Shown piece by piece: positions 20,409 through 30,542 of a stretch of 64,000 nucleotides of DNA; within the stretch, counting starts at the first letter, position 1; every line of letters begins with the position of its first letter. The stretch is from sequence record OR896820.1. One strand, given 5' to 3'. The notes under the pieces were generated by a model. That model was not told the DNA's origin, ran no database searches, and saw nothing but the letters and a program-made list of their open reading frames with translations. Origin of the DNA: Escherchia phage Stokescottia. A program made the position numbers and the translations under genes.

Positions 20409-22780
20409 TGGCAGTAACTACTAAAATTATCGTACAGCAGATATTAAATATTGATGATACTAAAGCTACTGCTAGTAAGTTTCCTAGATATACAGTAACT
20501 CTAGGTAACTCTATTAGTTCTATTACTGCAAGTGAGCTAGTATCGTCTATTGAGGCAGCAGCTAAGTCTGCTGCAGCTGCAAAAGATTCTGAGATAGCTG
20601 CTAAGACTTCGGAACTTAACGCTAAGGATTCTGAACAAGAAGCTGCTATATCTGCTGGAGCTTCTGAAGCCTCTGCCACTCAGTCCGCTACATCTGCTAC
20701 TCAATCTGCTGCATCAGCGGATAGATCTGCAGAATCAGCCGCAGCAGCTAAAGTATCTGAGACTAATGCGAAAGCTAGTGAAACTAAGGCTAAAACCTCA
20801 GAGACTAATGCAAAAGTATCAGAAACTAATGCTAAGACTAGTGAAACCAAAGCTAAAGCCTCCGAGACTAATGCTAAAACTAGTGAGACTAACGCTGCTG
20901 CTTCCGCTGCTGCTGCAAAAATTAGTGAGACTAACGCTAAAATTAGTGAGACTAATGCTGCTGAATCTGCTGCCGATTCTAGAGGTTTTAGGGATGAAGC
21001 AGAAACATTCGCTAGACAAGCTGCAGCATCTGCATCTGCTGCTAAAGTATCTGAGACTAATGCAAAAGCATCCGAGACTAATGCAAAAGCATCAGAAACT
21101 AAAGCTAAGGCTAGTGAAACTAATGCAGCTAGTTCTGCAACTTCAGCTAGTCAATCAGTAACCACTATTCAAGGTCTAAAATCAGATGTTGAGATATTAA
21201 AATCTGATACTCAAACCATTAAAGATAGTGCTGTAGCTGAAACTACAGCTTTAAAATCAGATGTTGAGACATTAAAATCTGATACTCAAGCCATCAAGAA
21301 TAGTGCTGTAACTGAGACAACAGCTTTAAAAAATCAAGCGGCTACTTCTGCAACTAATGCTGCTGCATCTGCTACTGAAGCGGGAAAACAAGCTACTAGT
21401 GCTGCTAATAGTGCTAATAATGCTAAAACTGAGGCAGATCGTTCGAAAACTGAGGCGGATAGATCAGAAGCTGCTGCCAATGCTACCCCTGATATTCAGC
21501 CCCTCCCAGATGTATGGATACCATTTAATGATTCTCTAGATATGATCACTGGATTCTCCCCTAGCTATAAGAAAATAGTGATTGGCGATGATGAAATAAC
21601 TATGCCTGGAGATAAGATTGTTAAATTTAAACGCGCATCAACTGCAACTTATATTAATAAATCCGGAGTTTTCACTGTTGCGGAAATTGATGAACCACGT
21701 TTTGAACGTGATGGTCTGCTTATTGAAGGTCAGAGAACTAACCTGTTAATCAATTCAACCAATCCTACTAAATGGAACAAATCGTCAAATATGATCTTAA
21801 GTACGTCAGGTGTAGATGATTTCGGATTCCAGTACGCAAAATTTACACTAAAGCCAGAAATGGTAGGGCAAACTTCAGCGATTAACATAGTAACCGTTAG
21901 CGGCAGTAAAGGTTTTGATGTAACAGGCGACGAAAAGTACGTAACTGCATCATGCAGGGTACAAAGTGGAACACCAAATTTAAGATGCCGATTGCGGTTT
22001 GAAGAATATAATGGATCTGCTTACACTTTTCTCGGTGACGCATACTTAAATTTGACAGATTTATCTATTAAAAAAACAGGTGGAGCAGCAGGTCGTATTA
22101 CTGCAAGAGCTGTTAAAGATGAAGCAAGTAAATGGATTTTCTTTGAGGCAACAATTAAAGCTCTTGATACAGAAAATATGATCGGTGCGATGGTGCAATA
22201 TGCTCCACCAAATGGAGGATCTGGAACTGGTGCAGATGATTATATTTATGTCGCAACTCCTCAGGTGGAAGGTGGTTCTTGTGCTTCTTCATTCATTATT
22301 ACTGAAGCAACACCAGTGACAAGAGCTAGCGATGTTGTCACTATTCCATCACAAAACAACCTTGCTGTTAGGCCATTTACTGTTCTTTGTGAAGTAAACA
22401 AAAATTGGACTACTCCACCAAATGCAGCTCCACGTATATTTGACGTTGGTGGACATCAGATTGATGATAATTATCTGTCACTTGGTTTTGTCTCAACAGG
22501 AAAGCTGGCCGCAAATGTCGGAATGACTCAACCGCTAATCGCTGTTGATGGTGATAAGTTTGTTGTTGGTTTAAGGGCTAAATCAGATTTATCCGTTAAT
22601 GCTATATTTAATGGCAGCTACACAATAAACCCTAACGGTAAAGTGTTCAGAATTACGGCAACATCGTACCGATTTGGAGGACAAACTGCTGCTGGGTCGC
22701 GCCATTTATTTGGGCATGTTAGAAACTTCCGTATTTGGTTTAAAGAGTTAACTGATAAACAAATAAAGGAGTATATATGA
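20408..22780 (+). CDS. L-shaped tail fibre protein, first gene (LtfA-like): N-terminal attachment region, SETNAKx heptad repeats, C-terminal globular domain
   Basis: 790 aa; Ala-rich 7-aa repeats over residues 115-240; about 400-aa non-repetitive C-terminal domain. Confidence 0.7.
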   Translation: MAVTTKIIVQQILNIDDTKATASKFPRYTVTLGNSISSITASELVSSIEAAAKSAAAAKDSEIAAKTSELNAKDSEQEAAISAGASEASATQSATSATQSAASADRSAESAAAAKVSETNAKASETKAKTSETNAKVSETNAKTSETKAKASETNAKTSETNAAASAAAAKISETNAKISETNAAESAADSRGFRDEAETFARQAAASASAAKVSETNAKASETNAKASETKAKASETNAASSATSASQSVTTIQGLKSDVEILKSDTQTIKDSAVAETTALKSDVETLKSDTQAIKNSAVTETTALKNQAATSATNAAASATEAGKQATSAANSANNAKTEADRSKTEADRSEAAANATPDIQPLPDVWIPFNDSLDMITGFSPSYKKIVIGDDEITMPGDKIVKFKRASTATYINKSGVFTVAEIDEPRFERDGLLIEGQRTNLLINSTNPTKWNKSSNMILSTSGVDDFGFQYAKFTLKPEMVGQTSAINIVTVSGSKGFDVTGDEKYVTASCRVQSGTPNLRCRLRFEEYNGSAYTFLGDAYLNLTDLSIKKTGGAAGRITARAVKDEASKWIFFEATIKALDTENMIGAMVQYAPPNGGSGTGADDYIYVATPQVEGGSCASSFIITEATPVTRASDVVTIPSQNNLAVRPFTVLCEVNKNWTTPPNAAPRIFDVGGHQIDDNYLSLGFVSTGKLAANVGMTQPLIAVDGDKFVVGLRAKSDLSVNAIFNGSYTINPNGKVFRITATSYRFGGQTAAGSRHLFGHVRNFRIWFKELTDKQIKEYI
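20750..21127 (+). repeat. Tandem 21-bp (heptad SETNAKx) repeats inside LtfA, two blocks (20750-20959 and 21041-21127)
   Basis: Repeating 'tctgagactaatgcaaaagca'-type units visible in the DNA and as SETNAKA/SETKAKT in the protein. Confidence 0.8.
21176..21334 (+). repeat. Two copies of a roughly 63-bp unit (LKSDVExLKSDTQxIKxSAVxETTA) inside LtfA
   Basis: Direct repeat seen in both DNA and protein. Confidence 0.7.
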
Positions 22781-23055
22781 AAGATTTAATCCTAAAGTTT
22801 AGTAATAAACAGGCTTATAAAGATTTTCTCATTCAAATAGGCTGGGAAAATAATGACGAACTCCAAAATTATATTATGCTTGATGAGATTGGCTACACAT
22901 ATACTGAAACCTCCCAGCCAGGTGACGAGGAGCCAACATATATTCGTAATGAAGGATATTATGTTAATGTAAGGATTCTTGATGAATCCTTTACTTACGA
23001 ATACTTTGAGCCTTTTATAGTTCAGTTGGAACAGCCTCTTAGAGAGTGGGCATAA
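22777..23055 (+). CDS. Hypothetical protein between the two fibre genes
   Basis: 92-aa ORF overlapping the LtfA stop by 4 nt. Confidence 0.3.
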   Translation: MKDLILKFSNKQAYKDFLIQIGWENNDELQNYIMLDEIGYTYTETSQPGDEEPTYIRNEGYYVNVRILDESFTYEYFEPFIVQLEQPLREWA

Positions 23056-23064
23056 GGTTTTATA

Positions 23065-24795
23065 ATGGTAACTAAAACAGTAATTCCTACGGATATTACA
23101 AAACTTAAAAATGAGTCACTTAATAAGAATAATAATTTAAGTGATTTAGCAGATCGCGCAGCTGCATGGCTAAATGTGCGTCCTATTGGATCTACCCCTC
23201 TTGCGGGGGATCCTGTTAGTGACTATGATGCTGTTACTAAGCGTTGGGTAGAAAATAAAATTAATACTGGTACAGTAGGGCCAACAATGAATGGCGTTAT
23301 GAATTACGGGGTTGGCGATTTCCACCTGCGTGATAGTCGTGCGTATATTCAACCTTACGAGGTGGTTTCCGATGGTCAATTGCTGAACCGTGCTGACTGG
23401 CCGGAACTTTGGGCATATGCTCAAATGTTAAGTCCTATCAGTGATGCAGAATGGTTAGCAGATCCACATGAGAGAGGCAAATACTCAGTTGGTGATGGTC
23501 AAACAACCTTCCGTGTTCCTGATCGAAATGGTGTTCAATCTGGTTCCTTTAAGGGTCTTTTTGGACGTGGTGATAGTGGGGTAACTTCTAACCTTGGTAG
23601 AGCGAATGAGTCTTCTGCTCCTAACTTAACTGCCTACTTCAGAACCGTAACTGATACGTCAATTATTGAAAATGATGCTGCAAGTGGTGCTGGATACCCA
23701 ACCGAGGTATTCCAAAAATATGCTCGGCTAAGCGCTATTAAAGAAGAGGCTGCACCAGAAATATACCCCCGTAGGTGGAACTTTGATGCTTCTCGCCAAT
23801 CTAGTGTATATGGTCGTTATGGTAATACAGATGAGATTACACCTAATAACTTCACCGGTGTATGGGTAATCCGGGCGTCCGGTGGTTTCGTTGCAGCAAA
23901 TACATCATGGAGTGTTATTAACGCTGATAAAACAACCCCCGATTCAGGTGTTGTTGTTTCTGGTGGTAGTGTTAAATCTGAATATAAATCGCCCAGTGCA
24001 AGTGTAACAGCGGAACTAAAATCAAGTAAAGTAATTAATGGTGCATGGGGTGTTAGCTTAACTATAACAGATGATAGAGGGATCCCTGTAAGCATTAAGT
24101 ATGACAGTAATGGTCAGTTTTCAACATCTCATAGGCCATCTGGAGTCGGTACTGGGAGTTCCTATACTCACTGCGCTTATCGTGCGCCAGACTGGTGGAA
24201 TAACACAGGATATAGTGCCTTCGTACCAATTCTTGGAGGTGGTAGCGGTAATTCACTAAAGAACTATAGATCTTTTGCTTGTTTTGGACAACTATCTTAT
24301 CCTGATTCTAGTAATAGTTATCCTAGAGCTGCAATTGCTCAAGTAAGGGATTGGGCATTACCAGATGGTGAACAAGGTAACGGCAAGAGTATTACCGTGT
24401 TTACGTTTATTGATAATTCATTTGATCTTCAATATGGGTACAACGATGGTTCGCTAAACTATATTTTTTCAAAATCTCCGATTTGTGATGAAAGATTAAA
24501 GAAAAATATTCAGTCCATTGATACTAATATTGCAATAGGTAATATTAAGCAGATGCCCTATAAATCATACATCTATAAAAATGATGAGAATGAACAGGTG
24601 AGGCGCGGTTTTATAGCTCAGGATTTACAGAAAATAGATCCCCAATATGTACGGGAATACGGAGATCCCGGAAGAGAGAAAACGTTAGCCATTGATGAAA
24701 ATGTTATGTTGCTTGATTCCGTTGCTGCGATTAAGTGGCTTATTAATAAAGTTGAAGAATTGCAAGAAGAAATAAATATATTGAAAGCTAAGTAA
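23065..24795 (+). CDS. Tail fibre protein, second gene (LtfB-like) with tail-collar domain and C-terminal intramolecular chaperone (S74-type)
   Basis: 576 aa; 'DYDAVTKRWV' and collar-like 'ADWPELWAYAQ...TTFRVPDRNG'; C-terminal 'KKNIQSIDTN...RGFIAQDLQKIDPQYV...' resembles the auto-cleaving chaperone domain. Confidence 0.7.
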   Translation: MVTKTVIPTDITKLKNESLNKNNNLSDLADRAAAWLNVRPIGSTPLAGDPVSDYDAVTKRWVENKINTGTVGPTMNGVMNYGVGDFHLRDSRAYIQPYEVVSDGQLLNRADWPELWAYAQMLSPISDAEWLADPHERGKYSVGDGQTTFRVPDRNGVQSGSFKGLFGRGDSGVTSNLGRANESSAPNLTAYFRTVTDTSIIENDAASGAGYPTEVFQKYARLSAIKEEAAPEIYPRRWNFDASRQSSVYGRYGNTDEITPNNFTGVWVIRASGGFVAANTSWSVINADKTTPDSGVVVSGGSVKSEYKSPSASVTAELKSSKVINGAWGVSLTITDDRGIPVSIKYDSNGQFSTSHRPSGVGTGSSYTHCAYRAPDWWNNTGYSAFVPILGGGSGNSLKNYRSFACFGQLSYPDSSNSYPRAAIAQVRDWALPDGEQGNGKSITVFTFIDNSFDLQYGYNDGSLNYIFSKSPICDERLKKNIQSIDTNIAIGNIKQMPYKSYIYKNDENEQVRRGFIAQDLQKIDPQYVREYGDPGREKTLAIDENVMLLDSVAAIKWLINKVEELQEEINILKAK

Positions 24796-24802
24796 AAGAA
24801 AA

Positions 24803-24830
24803 CCCCAGTGGACAAAATCCACTGGGGTTT
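24803..24830. terminator. Bidirectional terminator between the convergent LtfB and dut genes
   Basis: 10-bp stem CCCCAGTGGA/TCCACTGGGG flanked by A-run and T-run. Confidence 0.75.
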
Positions 24831-24854
24831 ATTATTATTTATTTGACTGATAGA

Positions 24855-25301
24855 TTATTTGCTTCCCGAACTTCCAAACCCGCCTTCACCACGATCAGTC
24901 TCTCCTAGTTCGTCAACAATTTCAAAATTATGAGTTGAGTAGTGTGGTACTACTACCAACTGGCAGAGTCTTTCAAAATTTTCCAGGGTTTGCATTTCAG
25001 AACCATAGTTGAACAGATTCATCTTAATAGTTCCACGATAGTCTGAGTCGATCACTCCTGCGGTATTTGCAATCATCAGATGGCGCTTACCTAAAGAGCT
25101 GCGAGGAACTACCAAACCGAACCAACCTCGCGGAATTTCTACCGCGACACCGGTGTCAATCATCAAGGATTTGCCTGGTGCAATAGCACGTAAATCTGCA
25201 GCAGGGTTAGTACCAAAGAATGCCCGCAGATCCATACCTGCGGCATCTTCGGAACCAATCTTAGGCATACAATCTGGATGAGTTAATTTAATTTTAATCA
25301 T
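24855..25301 (-). CDS. dut: dUTPase
   Basis: 148 aa with dUTPase motifs 'AGMDLRA', 'PRSSLG', 'GVIDSDYRG', 'RGEGGFGSSG'. Confidence 0.85.
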   Translation of the reverse strand: MIKIKLTHPDCMPKIGSEDAAGMDLRAFFGTNPAADLRAIAPGKSLMIDTGVAVEIPRGWFGLVVPRSSLGKRHLMIANTAGVIDSDYRGTIKMNLFNYGSEMQTLENFERLCQLVVVPHYSTHNFEIVDELGETDRGEGGFGSSGSK

Positions 25302-26173
25302 TGTTCTGCAATCTCCAAAATATCTTTTGTAAACTTATCTAATACATCTTGACCTACAGCAGCAATAGCATCCACACAGTAGGTTGGTAAATCAACCAGA
25401 ATTAGGTTTCGGTAAAGCAATTCTTCCGAAGCATTTAAGTTCTGTATATATTTCTGTTTTCCAGGCAAGGGAAGCTGATCAATAATATCCAGAACGTTAC
25501 CAAATTCACGAATAATATTATACCCGCGTTTTGCCCCAATACCCTCGACACCACGGATATTATCTCCTAAATCACCCATAATTGCTTTCAGAGAGATAAA
25601 CTGCTCTACATCGTCAACATTATGATGCTCATACATATCACGAAGATGGTACTCACGACGTGTTGTGAAAGAAAAACGAGAAACTTTATCAGTTAATAAA
25701 GTATCCCAGTCACCATCAGTAGAAATCAACCAAACGTGATCATACAGATGTCCAATGAGTTTAACGATATAAGCCGCCATATCATCTGCTTCTACACCAC
25801 GAATAGTGAATGTTGGGAATGTAGTTTCACATAATTCGAAAGCATCTTTCAAATACTCGAAGAACTGCTCATCTAACGCTTTCTCCTCTTCCGTACGCTG
25901 AGAGTATTTCTCATCTCGATTACCTTTATACTCGGGGAGATGCTCTAAGCGGAATGCAGACTTCCCTTTATCTCCTAAAACTATTGTAGTTCTAGCTGAA
26001 TAAGATTTTGCTAGAGACTGAATAGTGGAAACATAACTTGAGGCAAATGGTTTTTTACTATTGTTATGCTTGAAGCGAAAGCCTAAGTTAGTTCCATCGA
26101 CAATCATTAGGTTACGACGGGAAGCCATTTCAGCTTCCTCTTCTTCAATAAATTTTCCCCAGGATTTACTCAT
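25298..26173 (-). CDS. Flap endonuclease / 5'-3' exonuclease (T5 D15-like)
   Basis: 291 aa; 5' nuclease features and H3TH-like 'GVEGIGAKRG'; length as recalled for T5 D15. Confidence 0.8.
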   Translation of the reverse strand: MSKSWGKFIEEEEAEMASRRNLMIVDGTNLGFRFKHNNSKKPFASSYVSTIQSLAKSYSARTTIVLGDKGKSAFRLEHLPEYKGNRDEKYSQRTEEEKALDEQFFEYLKDAFELCETTFPTFTIRGVEADDMAAYIVKLIGHLYDHVWLISTDGDWDTLLTDKVSRFSFTTRREYHLRDMYEHHNVDDVEQFISLKAIMGDLGDNIRGVEGIGAKRGYNIIREFGNVLDIIDQLPLPGKQKYIQNLNASEELLYRNLILVDLPTYCVDAIAAVGQDVLDKFTKDILEIAEQ

Positions 26174-26655
26174 TATTTAATTAAGTCCTCAACAGATGCA
26201 TGATGTAGCCACGGCTCAAATAAACCAATTACGATTTCCATGTCTTTCTTATTTAACACCATATGGGTACGACTCATTAAGTTGTCAACCATCGGGTCTG
26301 AGCTATCCAAAGCTATTAACCACTGTCCTCTGTCTTTTTTGAATATTAATGCAGGTTTGGAGTTCATCTGCTCACCTTCACGTGAGCACTGCTGCCACCA
26401 CTTCTCTAGAGTGGATTCACCAACATTAAATAAATTACTTGATATATTATCATCTTTATACCACTTAACTTCGAAGCAGTATTTACTAATGTGTCCGCTT
26501 TGTGGTGGAAGGTAGATGTCACCTTTCAGTCCGTGGCTCTGGCCAAAAGCACCAGAACCAGGAACACGTTCCCACTCAAGACCTGTACGATCACGTAGAA
26601 TATCTCTTACCTGATATTCACCACGTTTACCTTTCTCTCTACTATCTACGGCCAT
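26173..26655 (-). CDS. D14-like protein, possible nuclease
   Basis: 160 aa; position upstream of D15 in the recombination cluster. Confidence 0.35.
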   Translation of the reverse strand: MAVDSREKGKRGEYQVRDILRDRTGLEWERVPGSGAFGQSHGLKGDIYLPPQSGHISKYCFEVKWYKDDNISSNLFNVGESTLEKWWQQCSREGEQMNSKPALIFKKDRGQWLIALDSSDPMVDNLMSRTHMVLNKKDMEIVIGLFEPWLHHASVEDLIK

Positions 26656-26658
26656 GTT

Positions 26659-28497
26659 TTATTCTAAGTAGGAAAATCCTTCTGCATCTTTTTTGACAGT
26701 AATCTTATGGGCCAATGGATGCGTATGCCCATGAGAAACAATGATAGAATTTAGACTTTCTTCCTCATTTAATAATTCAACAAGGGTGTCAAGTCCTTTA
26801 GTATCAATAAAGCTAATTACTTCATCAAGGAATAGAAGATTAATATTAACTTTACTAATAGATGTTAGTAGCATTCGAATAGCTAACAGAGTTGCTAGAT
26901 TAATTCTACTTTGTTGACCAGTAGAGCAATTCTCCATACTGGTACGATTTCCATCATTGAAGATTACTACTTGTAATTTTGTTTCATCAAGTTCAAATCC
27001 AAGTGCGAATTTACCGCCAGTCATAATAGAAAGGTATTTATTTATTAATTCTTCAAATACTTTCACACTATGCTCTAGTTTATACCCTACCAGATTTTTC
27101 AATGCAGCGATCAGAATATCAAGATCAGCAACAGCTTCTGATACTTCATCCAGTTTGGACGTTATCTCAGACATTTCTGCCTCAGCTTTTTCAATCTGTT
27201 CTAGTTTCGCTTTATATTTTGCATTGGCTAATTCAACATTTGCATTATGCTCTTTGGCAATTGCAACCTTAGAACGGCCATCAGCTATTTCCTGTTCTAG
27301 TTGTCGGATTTGCACCTGTAGGTTTTGCACATTGAGTTCTTCAAAAGAAGCATCACTCATTGAATTTTTGAACTCGTCTCTAGCTGCTACTGCTTTATCC
27401 AAAGCATCCTTTGCTCTAATATATGTAGTGTACTCAAGTTGTTCTTTCTTCAACTGTTCTAACTTAGCTTCAAGAGATTGTTTCTCTTTGAACAGAGGAT
27501 CATATTCTGTTCTAGCCATATCCATTGCTTTTTGAGCAGCAGTTGTATCCAGATGAGTACCACAAGTAGGACATTCAGTATTTGAAGCCTCTTGCTTGAA
27601 CTTCTGATAACGTTTCTTAACTTCGCTCGCACGTGAGGTCACAATCGTTAGGTCACGCGTAACACTCGAGATCTCTTCGTTTTGGTCAGTGGGCGCAGGT
27701 AAATTTTTGAAAGGCTCGAAAGATTGTTCGGCAACTTGTACAGCTTTGTCCAAATTACGCAACTTAGTAATATTAGCCTCTTGTGACTTGGCTAATGCCG
27801 CCTTAATTTTCGATTCAGTAAGTTCTTGTGCTAAGGGTTCTTCGTCAAACTCAGGCACTTCGACTGGTTCTTGTAAGGTTCCCAAGTTATTCTTTCCATT
27901 AAGGATTTTCGTAATTACAGCCATTTGGCCCTGCAAATTATTTAAGGTATTTGCTATTTCTTTACGGTCAGCCTTAATAGTTTCTGACATTTCTTTATAC
28001 TGTTCTTGATTGAACAAGTTAACAAGAAAAGCCTTACGTGTTGCATCTGTTGCTTTTAGAAAATCTAGGTTGGAACCCACTGATTGATAAATTAGTTTGG
28101 TGAATGTTTGGAAGTCACCACCCATAATCTCTTCAATCATCTTGTATGTTTGGGTTGCCGTATGCCCACTAATATCTTCTCCATTCTTAATAAGAGTTAC
28201 TTTAGCAGTTGATTTAACTACTTTATGCAGTTCGTACTCATCTTCATCTTTCGAGAAGTAAGCGTGCATATCGTATTCTTTTTTCGGAGAAGACCAGGAG
28301 AACAGAGCATCCTTCTTAATACCGCGTGAGTTCTTATTATAAAACAATTCCTCGATAACCGTGGCGATGGTGGATTTCCCTAGCCCATTGCCACCAATTA
28401 ATTGAGTAACTGGGTTCTTATTGAAATGAATTACGATGTCCTTACCGTAAGACATAACGTTACTAAATTTTAGTGTCTTAATTGTAATCTTTGACAT
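26659..28497 (-). CDS. SbcC/Rad50-like ATPase (D13-like); start taken at MSKITIKTL, the track's longer ORF starts at 28572
   Basis: Walker A 'GGNGLGKST', long central coiled coil with CxxC hook 'CPTCG', C-terminal signature region. Confidence 0.7.
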   Translation of the reverse strand: MSKITIKTLKFSNVMSYGKDIVIHFNKNPVTQLIGGNGLGKSTIATVIEELFYNKNSRGIKKDALFSWSSPKKEYDMHAYFSKDEDEYELHKVVKSTAKVTLIKNGEDISGHTATQTYKMIEEIMGGDFQTFTKLIYQSVGSNLDFLKATDATRKAFLVNLFNQEQYKEMSETIKADRKEIANTLNNLQGQMAVITKILNGKNNLGTLQEPVEVPEFDEEPLAQELTESKIKAALAKSQEANITKLRNLDKAVQVAEQSFEPFKNLPAPTDQNEEISSVTRDLTIVTSRASEVKKRYQKFKQEASNTECPTCGTHLDTTAAQKAMDMARTEYDPLFKEKQSLEAKLEQLKKEQLEYTTYIRAKDALDKAVAARDEFKNSMSDASFEELNVQNLQVQIRQLEQEIADGRSKVAIAKEHNANVELANAKYKAKLEQIEKAEAEMSEITSKLDEVSEAVADLDILIAALKNLVGYKLEHSVKVFEELINKYLSIMTGGKFALGFELDETKLQVVIFNDGNRTSMENCSTGQQSRINLATLLAIRMLLTSISKVNINLLFLDEVISFIDTKGLDTLVELLNEEESLNSIIVSHGHTHPLAHKITVKKDAEGFSYLE

Positions 28498-29455
28498 ATT
28501 TCGCAGCTCTAGCCAAGATTCTATCAATGTCGCCTTGAGATAGCTTCTCGACTTCACGGAAGTAAAGTTCAAGTTCGCCTAACATATCAAGATCAACAAG
28601 ATTTAACTTAGCATCTTTAGTAACTCGATGGTTAATCTTCTTATCTAATAAATCAGAGTCTTTAATAGACTTTAATTGAACAACATCACCAGTAACTTCA
28701 TAGACTACACGATCGTAATCACTAGGTTCCATCTCTTCACCAGCTCCGATTGTTTTACGAATCAGTTGTGGTAAATCACCGAGTTCAATCCATTCTACTT
28801 TTAATGTATCGGTATCAATGATAAAGCAACCATTTGTACCTTTTGTGCGTTCTCTATGGAACGATGTAGTTAATGGAGAGCCTGGGTAGAGGAGTCTAGT
28901 AGATCCGATAGTCTGGCTATTAGTATAAGAATGTAAATCGCCAGCAATTACAGTATCATAACAGTTATACTTAGTTAGATCAATTTCTGGTTTTACATGT
29001 GGAGGGATTTCACCACGAACATGCGTGAAACATAGTTTTGATTCAGATGGTTTCCACTTAGACTTATGGATCTCATCATATGGAACAATATCAAATTCAG
29101 GGGAACGATATGGTTTGGTAATTACTTCCCACTTTCCACTAGTTACTTTATTAATAACTCCTGCATAATGATATAGGCATGAAATGGTTTTAGTTAACAT
29201 TTCATGATTTCCAGTAAAGATTTTGCCTGGATGGTCAAGTCTTGACATGAACTGTTCAAGCAGTTCTATTTCTTCTGACGACGGGTCGGCAACATCAAGT
29301 ATATCACCACCAGCAATATGAAGATCACAGTTATGATTATGGAATATATCATTTAACCGTTCTCCTAGCATCAGGAAGCGACGCTTCTGCCATTCCTTTG
29401 GAACTTTATCTTGTCCTAGTTTGATATGATGATCAGCACTAAATAATATTCTCAT
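28478..29455 (-). CDS. SbcD/Mre11-like nuclease (D12-like)
   Basis: 325 aa; calcineurin-like phosphoesterase motifs 'SADHH', 'GGDILD', 'GNHE'. Confidence 0.75.
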   Translation of the reverse strand: MRILFSADHHIKLGQDKVPKEWQKRRFLMLGERLNDIFHNHNCDLHIAGGDILDVADPSSEEIELLEQFMSRLDHPGKIFTGNHEMLTKTISCLYHYAGVINKVTSGKWEVITKPYRSPEFDIVPYDEIHKSKWKPSESKLCFTHVRGEIPPHVKPEIDLTKYNCYDTVIAGDLHSYTNSQTIGSTRLLYPGSPLTTSFHRERTKGTNGCFIIDTDTLKVEWIELGDLPQLIRKTIGAGEEMEPSDYDRVVYEVTGDVVQLKSIKDSDLLDKKINHRVTKDAKLNLVDLDMLGELELYFREVEKLSQGDIDRILARAAKYVKDYN

Positions 29456-29457
29456 TG

Positions 29458-29483
29458 GTTAAAAAGAAAGGGGCCGAAGCCCC
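29458..29483 (-). terminator. Terminator hairpin after the SSB-like gene, immediately before the D12 start
   Basis: AGGGGC-CGAA-GCCCCT, with T-run on the minus strand. Confidence 0.6.
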
Positions 29484-29491
29484 TCTATTTA

Positions 29492-30265
29492 TTAGTCGTC
29501 CAGATCGCTTGCAGCTTCTGTGTCAATACCTTTCTGGGAGCCTGCATTGCTATTACCAGATTTGGCATCATCATCTTTATTCTCACGACCCTCCATGAAG
29601 GCTTGAATTGCTTCTTTCTGCTCTTCATAGGTAGGAACCGGATAGGTTTGTTCCAGAGAAGGAACTTTTTCGAACTTAATGATGTCGCCATCTTCATCAC
29701 ACATAGCTTCACCGATCAGATCTACATCCGCAGCATATTGCTTGGATTCCGCACTGTTAGGATCTTGCAGCTTAATCTGGAACTGCATAGCAGCAATCTG
29801 CTGTACATCATACTCAGTATCGAAACCTTTACCTTTTTTCTCGATAGAAATATCAATATCAAACGGAGTTGCCAGATTCAACTGCTTCATGATAGACTGG
29901 ATGCCTTTCAGAATAGTAGCCTTGACTTCCATTACTTTCAGTTTGTTATCAGAACGGTCGATAACAAAAGCGATATAGTTTTTCTTCGGCTTCAGCGGAA
30001 CACGATTACCATCTTTATCCAGCTCTTTCTCGAAGAAGCCCATCTCATGAACTGGATCAGCTTTACCACGAACAAAGCTCTCTTTGTCACGGTTAAAACG
30101 GAGACATTCGAAAGGAGCTACGTTACCCTCTTTATTAGTCAGCCAATAGACATAACGTGGAAGAACACCAGAAACGATACGAACACGAGTGATACCGTTG
30201 TTGAACTTCAGGAATTCGATTTTATCGTTAGAACCGCCAGTAGTTTCGCCCCAAGACTTAGCCAT
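29492..30265 (-). CDS. Putative ssDNA-binding protein with acidic C-terminal tail
   Basis: 257 aa ending 'DTEAASDLDD'; location inside the replication module; followed by a hairpin terminator. Confidence 0.35.
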   Translation of the reverse strand: MAKSWGETTGGSNDKIEFLKFNNGITRVRIVSGVLPRYVYWLTNKEGNVAPFECLRFNRDKESFVRGKADPVHEMGFFEKELDKDGNRVPLKPKKNYIAFVIDRSDNKLKVMEVKATILKGIQSIMKQLNLATPFDIDISIEKKGKGFDTEYDVQQIAAMQFQIKLQDPNSAESKQYAADVDLIGEAMCDEDGDIIKFEKVPSLEQTYPVPTYEEQKEAIQAFMEGRENKDDDAKSGNSNAGSQKGIDTEAASDLDD

Positions 30266-30542
30266 ATTTTATTTCCTCTTTAAAGATTAATTTCGATTTG
30301 TTAATTGCGATTAGTGGGTTAGTGTCGATTACTAAACGTGGTATCCATACTGGAACATATTGTATGTCCAAATTAGGATCGTTTGTAAACTTGTATTCGG
30401 CATAATTTCGTAGACTTAAAATTCCTAGATATTCTGCCAGTTGTCTATTAGACAATTTATTTGGATTATCAACTATTGTTGATTCATTCAAAATGAATGA
30501 GGAACCGACCAATAATTGGTGAGCATCAGGCTCTGTAAGCAT
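30258..30542 (-). CDS. Hypothetical protein
   Basis: 94-aa ORF behind a TTGCTA-TATAAT promoter. Confidence 0.3.
   Translation of the reverse strand: MLTEPDAHQLLVGSSFILNESTIVDNPNKLSNRQLAEYLGILSLRNYAEYKFTNDPNLDIQYVPVWIPRLVIDTNPLIAINKSKLIFKEEIKYG

Noticed and set aside
20766-21161. 131-aa Leu/Lys-rich ORF in an alternative frame inside the LtfA gene
   Set aside because: It lies entirely within the 21-bp tandem repeat block of a well-supported gene; a low-complexity alternate-frame artefact
26957-28009. Plus-strand ORFs of 192 and 106 aa antisense to the SbcC-like gene
   Set aside because: Serine/cysteine-rich low-complexity translations with no RBS, fully inside a gene with clear Walker and coiled-coil features
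28478-28572. 95-nt overlap between the SbcD-like and SbcC-like ORFs as a frameshift or fusion
   Set aside because: An internal Met (MSKITIKTL, 28497) gives a conventional start with only about 20 nt of overlap; the long overlap comes from the ORF caller choosing the most upstream start
29603-30283. 226-aa plus-strand ORF antisense to the SSB-like gene
   Set aside because: No RBS and no recognisable domain; the opposite-strand gene has coherent features
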